This document shows positions 1-7,134 of a stretch of 11,512 nucleotides of DNA, in pieces. Under the pieces are notes generated by a model. It was given only the letters and a program-made list of their open reading frames with translations, had not been told where the DNA came from and ran no database searches. Each line of letters opens with the position of its first letter. The first letter of the stretch is position 1. Source of the stretch: Candidatus Margulisiibacteriota bacterium (GTDB lineage Bacteria; Margulisbacteria; Marinamargulisbacteria; JBFWNS01); contig JBFWNS010000005.1 in assembly GCA_050250935.1 (NCBI GenBank), forward strand, positions 1-11,512, written 5' to 3'. Position numbers and translations under genes: made by a program.

Positions 1-2
1 GC

Positions 3-269
3 ATTCCCTTTAGCCCGACCACGAACATCATCACGGCCTTCCCGGACCAGGTGCGCAAAAGCCAGCCGAATGTGAACAACTTGAACCGGTTGGAGTTGGC
101 GTACACGCTGCCGAGTTTGCCCGATGGGCGGTACACCATCATTGCCAAGGCGCATGATGCCTACAACACGGAAAGTTATTTGCGGTATGGGTTTTCGGTG
201 GACAGGACACCGCCGCGGATTAAGATTTTTAAAATTGGGGTTTATAACCCGCATAAGGGGCAGCGGTAA
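3..269 (+). CDS. 3' end of a protein with a bacterial Ig-like (Big-type) beta-sandwich domain; 5' truncated by the window edge
   Basis: The frame of ORF 51..269 is open back to position 3. Peptide 'LPSLPDGRYTIIAKAHDAYNTESYLRYGFSVDRTPPRIKI' matches the LxDGxYTxxxxAxDxxGN...F.VDxTPP pattern of bacterial Ig-like repeats. Confidence 0.65.
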   Translation: MPFSPTTNIITAFPDQVRKSQPNVNNLNRLELAYTLPSLPDGRYTIIAKAHDAYNTESYLRYGFSVDRTPPRIKIFKIGVYNPHKGQR

Positions 270-358
270 AGGATTTAGACGGTTTTTCGATGTTTAACCC
301 CTTTTCCATCTGGGCATATCCGAAGTATTAATTCGTTTGGATTGAAAAAGGGGGGCCT

Positions 359-1345
359 ATGGGGAGTATTTTGTTTTTGGGGCGGGCTGTGCCTGGGGAA
401 ATTCAGGCGCTGGGTGGCGACTATTCGGTTATCCATGCCCAAACCAGCCAAGACGCCAGTCGGTTGTTGGCACAGTCGCCGGGTGTGGTTGTGGTTGATG
501 TGGATTTTCCGATCGAAGGCGAATCGCTGGAAGCGTTGATCCCACGGCTGCGGCATCAGGACCCCATGGTCTCGATTCTGTTGGCGGTTCGGGGGATGGG
601 GGTTACCCATTCTGTGCTCAGCCAAGTGGTGGGGTATCTGGTTCGGGGTGCCACCCAATTTCTCGAGCTGCCATCAACCCAAACCGAGCTGATTTGGACC
701 CTGTCTTATGCCATGGAAGAAACCCAGGTGGCCCGTTCGGCAACCCATTTTTCGGTTGAAAAGCTGCAAGAGCCGGCCTGGAAAACGACCATGGATTTGT
801 TTGTGGCGCTTTTGGATCAGCGGCGCGAAAAAGGGGTGCCGATTTCCACGGCCGAGCTTCAGGCTTTTTTTCCGCCCAATGCGTCTGAGGAAGCCAAGGC
901 CAATATTCAAGCCATTTTCGAAGAGCGGCCTCGATTGAAGTCCGTGACCTTGTTAACCATCGACGACGAGCCGGATATTCGGCGGTTGTTTGGGGATCTG
1001 TTTAAACCCCATTTTTCGGTGGTGTCGGCGGCCAATGCCGAAGAAGGACTGGCTATTATTCAGAATCAGGCCATTTATTTGGTGTTTTTGGACATTACCA
1101 TGCCCGGAAAACGGGGCGATGCTTTGGTGGCCGACATCAAGGCCTGTTCGCCGGATACCGAAATTGTCATGGTCAGTGGCAATGCCGATTTCGACTTGGT
1201 GTCCAAAACCATTCACGCCGGGGCTTCGGACTATATTTTGAAGCCCTTCGACAAAATTCATTTGCGCACCATCGTTTTTCGATTGTTGCAGCACCGCATG
1301 TTTAAAGACATGATCAAAACCGATGCATTAAGGGGACTTGTATGA
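359..1345 (+). CDS. Response regulator: degenerate N-terminal receiver-like domain, helical linker, canonical C-terminal receiver domain, no DNA-binding domain
   Basis: The C-terminal REC has all hallmarks: LLTIDDE, phospho-acceptor FLDITMPG, MVSG, GASDYILKPF. The N-terminal part has VVVVDVDFP and RGATQFLELP (no conserved Lys). A G-rich RBS-like stretch lies at about 345-356. Confidence 0.85.
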   Translation: MGSILFLGRAVPGEIQALGGDYSVIHAQTSQDASRLLAQSPGVVVVDVDFPIEGESLEALIPRLRHQDPMVSILLAVRGMGVTHSVLSQVVGYLVRGATQFLELPSTQTELIWTLSYAMEETQVARSATHFSVEKLQEPAWKTTMDLFVALLDQRREKGVPISTAELQAFFPPNASEEAKANIQAIFEERPRLKSVTLLTIDDEPDIRRLFGDLFKPHFSVVSAANAEEGLAIIQNQAIYLVFLDITMPGKRGDALVADIKACSPDTEIVMVSGNADFDLVSKTIHAGASDYILKPFDKIHLRTIVFRLLQHRMFKDMIKTDALRGLV

Positions 1346-2562
1346 CCAAAAAAACCGCGATGATGATGACCCAAAACAAAGCGTTGGAAACCACGTTGAT
1401 GGGCGCTACAGAGGCGTTGTGCGATTGGTTGCCCTGTGGCAGCTTGGCCGAGGCCTTGGACACCCTAAATTTTATCCCCCATTCGTTTAGCATGATTGTG
1501 ATCGATGCGGATTTGCCCAAATTGGATCTTAAACAAGCCATCCACGACATACACACCCGCAGCTATGTGCCGGAAATTTTGGTGATCAGCGAAAAAGAAG
1601 TGCGGTTCGAGGTGTACCGGGATGTGCTGAAATGTGGCATTTACGACTACATCATCCCGCCTTTCGACCAAACCCGAATTCGGGCCGAGGTGAAATCGCT
1701 GTTGGCCTATTCGAATACCTTGCAGAAATTGAATGTGTATTTGGGCGAGACTTTTATGGATTCGTTTTCCAGACGCCTGGCCTTGGCCCACGAGCTGGCA
1801 GCCATGCGCAGAACCGAGGGCAAGACCTTGTCGGAAGACGAATTGTTGGCTTTTTTTCCTTTGCACGAACGCAGCGAAGCATCGTTGCAGCATAAATTAA
1901 AACCGTTTTCCCAGGCCCTGGATTCGGCCCACCGTCCCGTTATTTTGGCCGTGGATGATGAAGAACCCATTCGCACCATGATGAAGGACTTTTTAAGAAC
2001 CCAGCGCTTTATTCCTTTGGTGGCCGAAACGGCAGAACAGGCCTTGGCCATGGCCCTTCAACACCCCGAAATCGATGCGTTTGTGTTGGATATCGGGTTG
2101 CCGGGCATGAATGGGGTTCAATTGCTCAAAGCGCTAAAAGGCTTGGTTCCCGATGCCGAAGCACTCATGTTAACCGGCTTTCAGGACCACGATTTTGTAA
2201 CGGGTAGTTTCCGAAGTATGGCCGCCGACTATGTGGTGAAGCCTTTTGATAAGGACAAATTTTTAATTAGCCTCTCCAGAACCCTGCAGCGTCGCGCCCT
2301 TAACAAGATGGTTCAACACCACGACGCCCACCATATTTTTGATGAAAGCCTGACGGTTGCAGCCAGAATTAAGCTCCTGTCCAACATCGCCGAAAAGCGC
2401 ATCGATGCCGACGAGCCTTTTTTGATGGAAGATGTCTATGCCTTCTTCCCCGAACTTCGCAAAAGCCATGTGTCCCCATCCACCAAAATTTCCAAAACCA
2501 AAGTTGCGGATGGGCTGGACTATGTGGTGGCTGGGTTGAGGGAGAAGATCGGTAGCGCCTGA
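1342..2562 (+). CDS. Response regulator with two receiver domains (first atypical, second canonical), each followed by a helical AFFP module
   Basis: ATGA overlap with the upstream stop (1342-1345). REC1: IVIDADLP...VISE...GIYDYIIPPFD (Lys replaced by Pro). REC2: LAVDDEE...VLDIGLPGMNG...MLTG...DYVVKPFD. Confidence 0.88.
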   Translation: MTKKTAMMMTQNKALETTLMGATEALCDWLPCGSLAEALDTLNFIPHSFSMIVIDADLPKLDLKQAIHDIHTRSYVPEILVISEKEVRFEVYRDVLKCGIYDYIIPPFDQTRIRAEVKSLLAYSNTLQKLNVYLGETFMDSFSRRLALAHELAAMRRTEGKTLSEDELLAFFPLHERSEASLQHKLKPFSQALDSAHRPVILAVDDEEPIRTMMKDFLRTQRFIPLVAETAEQALAMALQHPEIDAFVLDIGLPGMNGVQLLKALKGLVPDAEALMLTGFQDHDFVTGSFRSMAADYVVKPFDKDKFLISLSRTLQRRALNKMVQHHDAHHIFDESLTVAARIKLLSNIAEKRIDADEPFLMEDVYAFFPELRKSHVSPSTKISKTKVADGLDYVVAGLREKIGSA

Positions 2563-4410
2563 TTATTTGATAAAATCGTGAAGGGTTTCGAGTTCGATGG
2601 GTTGCCATCCCAATTGGTTGCCGAGGCGTTGTAAGTAGGTGCTTGCCCAACTGATAGCCCGTTTGAGTTGGGTGTGGTTCTCGATGGGTGGATTTTCTCT
2701 ATGAGTCCTTAATTTTTTGCGTTGGGCTTGGGTACTGTTGATGGCTTCAGAGAGTTGGTTTAGCTGATGAGATAGGTCTTTTCGGCCTGGATTTTGTGGG
2801 AACAAGGATTCCACCGTTGTGCCCATGGTGTAGGGGTTTTGGGTGAGTCGTTGGGCGGTTTTTTGAATCCGGGTTAAAAGGGTTCTGAGGGCATCTTTGT
2901 GTGTTGAGGTTAAGAAGTGCAAATTGTTTCGGATGGTTTGAAGGGTTTGGTTTGCGCTTTTAAGTTGCGTGGCAAGTGGGGTTGTTAGTCCCAGTTGACG
3001 GGCTGTTTCAATACGTCGATAAGGTAAGAAATGGGGATCTGTTAATGCGGGAAGATGACGGTTTTGTGACAGTCGTTTTCCAGTTCTGCCAGCATTTCCG
3101 GTGTATTGTTCCAGGCGAGGCCCTGCATCGGGATTGCAGTGGACATCATCAAAATACACAGTGGGGATGCCCAAAAAAGCCAACCGGTGTAAATTGCCGC
3201 TCCTCATGCCTGCCATGACCGCTTGTTTCGATTTGAACAGAGAGACAAAATAATCCTGAACCAGGGGTTTTGACACAGCTAGAGAGATTTGGTCCCGCTG
3301 ATCGGGGCAAGCATTTAGGGCTTTTTCGGCCAAACTCCCAGCTTCGAAGCGCCAGAAAGTGTTGACTGATCGTACTTTTTTAAACCGACTTACATCCAGG
3401 CCAGGGACGGGGTCCCCCATCAGAACGATGGTCCGTTGCGGGAAGGTTTTTCTGAGGTATCGAATCAGATTGATCCAGGCAGTTGGATCGGAATCCAATT
3501 CCCGATGCGCCCCACCGTTTTGGCCGCTGGTTCTTCCCCACAACACGATGCACTGATCGGGAAATTGAAACGCATCAAAATAGTTCTTGATAGCTGTTTT
3601 TGTGGCTGTGGGAACCATATTTAATCGCAGATCCATGTGTTTTTGGGCATGATTGACCACTTTTTTGGTGCGAAGTCCTGCGGCCTTGGTGGCGAAAGTC
3701 ACATGTAAATTCCACGGTTTTTTGGGGGTGGTTCGTCGGAGGTTTTCGGGATCGATGTCGTCGGCGTATCGGGCCTGGGCCACAGCCGAAGTGCCTTGGT
3801 TTTTGGTGCTTAAATCGGTTGTTTTAACTTGGTTGTGGATGGTTTTGGTGTAGTACAGGGCATGGCGTTTAGCCCCTTCAGCTTCCGATGTTTGGGTAGT
3901 ACAACGGGCAGAAATGGATGGTGTTTTGGGGGCTTGGCTGTTGGGCTTTGGCGGATTTTTTGGGCCTTTTAAGAGTTTGACACTCCAGTGTTTACGGCGG
4001 AACAAGGCCAGGCGAATTTCGTCGGTGTCGCCTGTCATGTAGTCGGCGTGGCCGATGACCTGCCATTTTAATGTGGTGTGGGCCCAATATTTGCAGACAT
4101 CTTTAATCCATTTTTGGCGTTGACGATCGTCGTTGGGCATTGCCTCATAGGCGAAGGTAATGGGCTTTTTGGGTTTGGAATGGGCTTTGTAGGCCTCGTC
4201 TTGGGTGCTGTGGAAGCGATGAATCCAGTCCATCCACCGCTTTGCAGCTTGTTCAAAGTTGGTTTCTGAAAGGGTAAATGCCCTTTGAACAGAGGCGGGC
4301 AGACTGGTTTTGACTTCTTGGATGGTATTGTCGAGGGACAATTGGTTTGTTGAAGCCCAGTTTAGCAGTTGGATATGGTGTGGAAGGGCTAGGATTTTAA
4401 AATGAGACAT
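2563..4410 (-). CDS. Hypothetical 615-aa protein with a possible GT-B glycosyltransferase-like C-terminal Rossmann domain
   Basis: Long ATG-started ORF 27 nt downstream of ygiD. 'WINLIRYLRKTFPQRTIVLMGD' and 'AVMAGMRSGNLHRLAFLGIPTVYFD' resemble the GT9-type donor-binding signature (xxxDSGxxHLAAALGxPTVxLF). The CDS is well supported; the function is inference. Confidence 0.6.
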   Translation of the reverse strand: MSHFKILALPHHIQLLNWASTNQLSLDNTIQEVKTSLPASVQRAFTLSETNFEQAAKRWMDWIHRFHSTQDEAYKAHSKPKKPITFAYEAMPNDDRQRQKWIKDVCKYWAHTTLKWQVIGHADYMTGDTDEIRLALFRRKHWSVKLLKGPKNPPKPNSQAPKTPSISARCTTQTSEAEGAKRHALYYTKTIHNQVKTTDLSTKNQGTSAVAQARYADDIDPENLRRTTPKKPWNLHVTFATKAAGLRTKKVVNHAQKHMDLRLNMVPTATKTAIKNYFDAFQFPDQCIVLWGRTSGQNGGAHRELDSDPTAWINLIRYLRKTFPQRTIVLMGDPVPGLDVSRFKKVRSVNTFWRFEAGSLAEKALNACPDQRDQISLAVSKPLVQDYFVSLFKSKQAVMAGMRSGNLHRLAFLGIPTVYFDDVHCNPDAGPRLEQYTGNAGRTGKRLSQNRHLPALTDPHFLPYRRIETARQLGLTTPLATQLKSANQTLQTIRNNLHFLTSTHKDALRTLLTRIQKTAQRLTQNPYTMGTTVESLFPQNPGRKDLSHQLNQLSEAINSTQAQRKKLRTHRENPPIENHTQLKRAISWASTYLQRLGNQLGWQPIELETLHDFIK

Positions 4411-4437
4411 GATGCGGGGTTTTCATTTTTTTGATTT

Positions 4438-5253
4438 TTAAAGATAGCCTTCGGGGGTATTGAATCCCACGGACAACATCGAAATCGAGCCCATCACCAG
4501 GTCGTTGTTAAAAAAGAAGGTGGGGTCTTGGGGTGATTGTAGGGCCAGGATGTAGAGTAAGGGCAAAAAATGTTCGGGGGTGGGGATGGCGTGGCGAAGT
4601 TCGGGGCCTAGTTTGGCATAGTTGGCTAGGGAGTCGTGGTTGCCGGATTCGATCAGGGTTTGAATTTGGTGATTGGCTTCTTTTGCCCAGTCGAATTGGG
4701 CGGTTGCATCCTGCCAATCGGCGGCCCGCAAATTGTGAACCACATTGCCGCTGCCAATAATCAGAACGCCCTGGGTGCGTAAAAAGGCTAGCTCTTTGGC
4801 CAAATGGTAATGGTCTTGGGGGGATTTGTGTTTGTCCAAGCTCAGCTGAAGCACTGGGATGTCCGCTGCGTTGTACAAATGGGTTAACAGGCTCCAAGCC
4901 CCGTGATCCAATCCCCAAGCATGGTCGAGGTGAATGTGCTGGGTCATGGACGCTTGAATGGTGGTGGCCAGGGCTGGGTCGCCAGGGGCTGGGTATTGAA
5001 AGGTGGACAAGGGTTCTGGGAACCCATAAAAATCGTGGATGGTTTTGGGGGTTGGCATGGCCGTAATGGCCGTGCCTTGGGTTTCCCAATGGGCGGAAAT
5101 ACACAAAATGGCCCTGGGTTTTGGCAAGGTTTGGCCCAGCTGTTGCCAGGTTTTGGAAAAGGCATTGTTTTCGATGGCATTCATGGGGTTGCCATGGCCA
5201 ATGAATAGGGTGGGCATCAGAGGGGTGGTGGGGCCGAAATTGCGAAGGTTCAT
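4438..5253 (-). CDS. ygiD: 4,5-DOPA extradiol dioxygenase (LigB / class III ring-cleavage family)
   Basis: MPTLFIGHGNPMNA, ILCISAHW, PKTIHDFYGFP, WGLDHGAWS, IIGSGNVVHNL and AIPTPEHFLPLLY are the YgiD signature motifs. Confidence 0.95.
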   Translation of the reverse strand: MNLRNFGPTTPLMPTLFIGHGNPMNAIENNAFSKTWQQLGQTLPKPRAILCISAHWETQGTAITAMPTPKTIHDFYGFPEPLSTFQYPAPGDPALATTIQASMTQHIHLDHAWGLDHGAWSLLTHLYNAADIPVLQLSLDKHKSPQDHYHLAKELAFLRTQGVLIIGSGNVVHNLRAADWQDATAQFDWAKEANHQIQTLIESGNHDSLANYAKLGPELRHAIPTPEHFLPLLYILALQSPQDPTFFFNNDLVMGSISMLSVGFNTPEGYL

Positions 5254-5260
5254 GGGGTCT

Positions 5261-5269
5261 AGTGTATCA
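5261..5269 (-). promoter_or_regulatory. Extended -10 promoter (TGaTACACT) for ygiD, probably giving a leaderless transcript
   Basis: The minus strand reads tgTGaTACACT-agacccc-ATG: 7 nt between the -10 and the ATG, with no Shine-Dalgarno. Confidence 0.5.
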
Positions 5270-5286
5270 CAGGCTTTTGTGTGATA
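5265..5286. promoter_or_regulatory. Inverted repeat TATCACA-N8-TGTGATA, candidate operator overlapping the ygiD promoter
   Basis: Perfect 7-bp arms at 5265-5271 and 5280-5286 in the divergent intergenic region. Confidence 0.4.
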
Positions 5287-5423
5287 TTCATGAAAAATTT
5301 TTGTATAAAAAGTTCATAAATGGCTTATTTTTTTTGTTTTTCTAGGTATTTTTGTCATAATAATGCAATTTTTTGATTGTTTTCCCGATAACTCTAAAAT
5401 TGACCTACAGAAAGGGTTTTGCG

Positions 5424-6116
5424 GTGAGAGCAAATCCAGTATGTGTACGAGCCCTTTCTGTTGTGGCAAGGCCGGTTTTAAGAGCCGTTGCTGAGCTGGG
5501 TTCTAGGCAGATGCCAAGGCGGCTTGTTCGAACGGCGGCTGCGAAAAACCCAAGCTCCACCATGTTGGTAGCCCGTTCGACCCCTGTTCGGCAGGATAGG
5601 GGAGCTATTCAGACCCGTGCAGCTGTTCTCGCAGCCGAAAGGGCCATGGTTCCCAATCTTCGGAATGCTGTGCCTCGTGTTTCCGATCATGGCGCTATTG
5701 GTCAAAACTGGTCGAGCGTCAAAGCCGACTATGTCATTTTGGGCTATCATGGCACCTCGAAACCCTGGGTTCATCGGCAAAATCCCGAAAAATTCACCTA
5801 TTTTACCCGAAACTATGGTCAGGCCCGTACCTATGCTGGCCCAGACGGCGAGGTTTATGTGATTGCTTTACGACGACAGAGCGGGCAAGACGCAATAAAA
5901 AGCGTTCACCGCAATGACGATTTTGGAACCTATTACACCACCGGCAATACGGTTGTGGTGTTGGCCAGTCAGTCCGCAATGGTTCCAGAAAACGAGGTCT
6001 TGGCCAAGCGGTTTAAGGGTAGGGACAATCATGCGTTGTCATATGCAGTTTTGACCGTTGGTGGATTGAATCTGTTTCATGAAATGGTTGCTCACGTTTT
6101 TGTGAATTTGGCCTAG
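5424..6116 (+). CDS. Hypothetical protein with ADP-ribosyltransferase-like (H-Y clade) motifs after an Ala/Arg/Val-rich N-terminal extension
   Basis: GYHGTS (5742-5759), then YFTRNYGQARTYA and GEVYVIAL, follow the HGT...YF(T/S)xxxxxAxxYA...GxVY order of PARP/diphtheria-type ART folds. The in-frame GTG at 5424, preceded by AAAGGG, is preferred over the track's TTG at 5373. Confidence 0.5.
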   Translation: MRANPVCVRALSVVARPVLRAVAELGSRQMPRRLVRTAAAKNPSSTMLVARSTPVRQDRGAIQTRAAVLAAERAMVPNLRNAVPRVSDHGAIGQNWSSVKADYVILGYHGTSKPWVHRQNPEKFTYFTRNYGQARTYAGPDGEVYVIALRRQSGQDAIKSVHRNDDFGTYYTTGNTVVVLASQSAMVPENEVLAKRFKGRDNHALSYAVLTVGGLNLFHEMVAHVFVNLA

Positions 6117-6141
6117 TTCAATTCCCCTGGTTTTGCCCGTA

Positions 6142-6171
6142 TTGACTTACGGATTTTTGGGACGATATAGT
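6142..6171 (+). promoter_or_regulatory. Sigma70-type promoter TTGACT-N18-TATAGT immediately upstream of the MAPEG ATG
   Basis: -35 at 6142-6147, -10 at 6166-6171 and ATG at 6178 (6 nt after the -10); no SD. Confidence 0.6.
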
Positions 6172-6177
6172 CGAAGC

Positions 6178-6582
6178 ATGTTTGTTCCCTTAACCTCGTT
6201 GTTTGCAGGCATTATGACCTTGTTTTATGTGCGCCTTACCCTGCGTGTGGTGGGGTTTCGCAAAACGTACAAGGTATTGTTGGGCGATGGTGGACATGAT
6301 GTTTTAAAAGCCGCCATTAGCGGGCACGCCAATTTTGCACAGTATGCTCCCTTGGGTGTGCTGCTGTCGTTTTTGTGCGAGATCCAAGGTGTTTCGCCTT
6401 ATTTTATGGGCCCCTTAATTATCCTTTTTATGGCAGGACGGGTGATTCATTACATCGCTTTAACCAACTTCACCCTTAAAGACCCCATCCGCATTCGCCG
6501 CCTGGGCATGCGTTTAACCCTGATGCCCCTGATTCTGTTTGCGGTTTTCTTGATTTTTTTGAGCGTTTATAGGGTGGTATAA
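6178..6582 (+). CDS. MAPEG family membrane protein (YecN-like)
   Basis: Four hydrophobic segments; RVVGFRKTYKVLLGDGG, HANFAQYAP and GRVIHY match the bacterial MAPEG pattern. ATG 6178 is preferred over the track's TTG at 6133. Confidence 0.88.
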   Translation: MFVPLTSLFAGIMTLFYVRLTLRVVGFRKTYKVLLGDGGHDVLKAAISGHANFAQYAPLGVLLSFLCEIQGVSPYFMGPLIILFMAGRVIHYIALTNFTLKDPIRIRRLGMRLTLMPLILFAVFLIFLSVYRVV

Positions 6583-6650
6583 CCTCGTTTTTTAATCCCT
6601 TTTTTGCCCAGAGCCATGTATAAATATAGTGCACAATCCAAACACACCGG

Positions 6651-6914
6651 ATGGGGGGATTCATCGATGTTCAGCGGATAGTAGAGCAGCTTCGAACCGC
6701 AAGGGCGGCTTACCGGCATTTTCTCAAGAATTTAAGCTCGATACCCACCCCCCAAAGCCCCAGTGATTTGGTCGCACTGGCCCAACGCTGCAATGTTTCC
6801 GTTCCCGGCCTAACCCAAGTGGCGGCCCTGGTGAGCAACACCAATAGCGACGTCCAAGCCCTGAAAGAGCTGAGCCGTTTGGTGGCTGCCGAGCCGATTC
6901 GGGCGCGGTTGTAA
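6651..6914 (+). CDS. Hypothetical 87-aa helical protein
   Basis: ATG-started ORF filling the gap between MAPEG and the tRNA fragment; no recognisable motif. Confidence 0.5.
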   Translation: MGGFIDVQRIVEQLRTARAAYRHFLKNLSSIPTPQSPSDLVALAQRCNVSVPGLTQVAALVSNTNSDVQALKELSRLVAAEPIRARL

Positions 6915-6922
6915 ACGAGATC

Positions 6923-6967
6923 TGGTGCGCCGTGCTGGATTCGAACCAACGGCCAGCTGATTAAGAG
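6923..6967 (-). repeat. Displaced 3' half of tRNA-Lys(CTT) (att junction, distal end of island)
   Basis: Direct repeat of 11330-11374 with 37/45 identity. On the minus strand it starts exactly at the anticodon loop CTCTTAA and runs through the T-arm (GTTGG TTCGAAT CCAGC) to ACGGCGC-ACCA. There is no D-arm or 5' acceptor strand. Confidence 0.92.
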
Positions 6968-7063
6968 ATGTGGAAAATGGTATCAAAAACACGGTGTTAG
7001 AGCTAGTTTGAGTACACTGTGAACCATTGCTATGCAGTGAAAATGAGTGGATTTTAGTGGGTG

Positions 7064-7082
7064 TGTTACCTATATGTTGCCT
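7064..7082. repeat. Tandem direct repeat TGTTACCT/TGTTGCCT (11-bp period), candidate integrase arm-type binding sites
   Basis: Copies at 7064-7071 and 7075-7082, about 100 bp inside the att crossover in non-coding DNA. Confidence 0.35.
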
Positions 7083-7134
7083 GTAAAAGGAGGGAGGGGA
7101 GCTGGTTGATCTGGGTTGGTAGTCTGCGTATAGA

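Noticed and set aside
275..2650. Alternative-frame and antisense ORFs over the response regulators (275..658, 342..539, 674..910, 708..938, 953..1294, 990..1241, 1314..1556, 1465..1893, 1632..1895, 1707..2051, 2263..2469, 2369..2650)
   Set aside because: They overlap well-supported genes and have no recognisable motifs; typical shadow ORFs.
2976..5862. Shadow ORFs over the 615-aa gene, ygiD and the ART-like gene (for example 4508..5104, 4903..5208, 5478..5780)
   Set aside because: They overlap longer, motif-bearing ORFs and have composition typical of off-frame translation.
6923..6967. A second functional tRNA gene
   Set aside because: Only anticodon loop to CCA is present. The sequence beyond 6967 cannot form the D-arm or acceptor 5' strand, so it is an att remnant.
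6476..6992. Minus-strand ORFs 6476..6664, 6710..6949 and 6810..6992
   Set aside because: They overlap MAPEG or the 87-aa ORF, or run through the tRNA-derived att fragment; no supporting RBS or motif.
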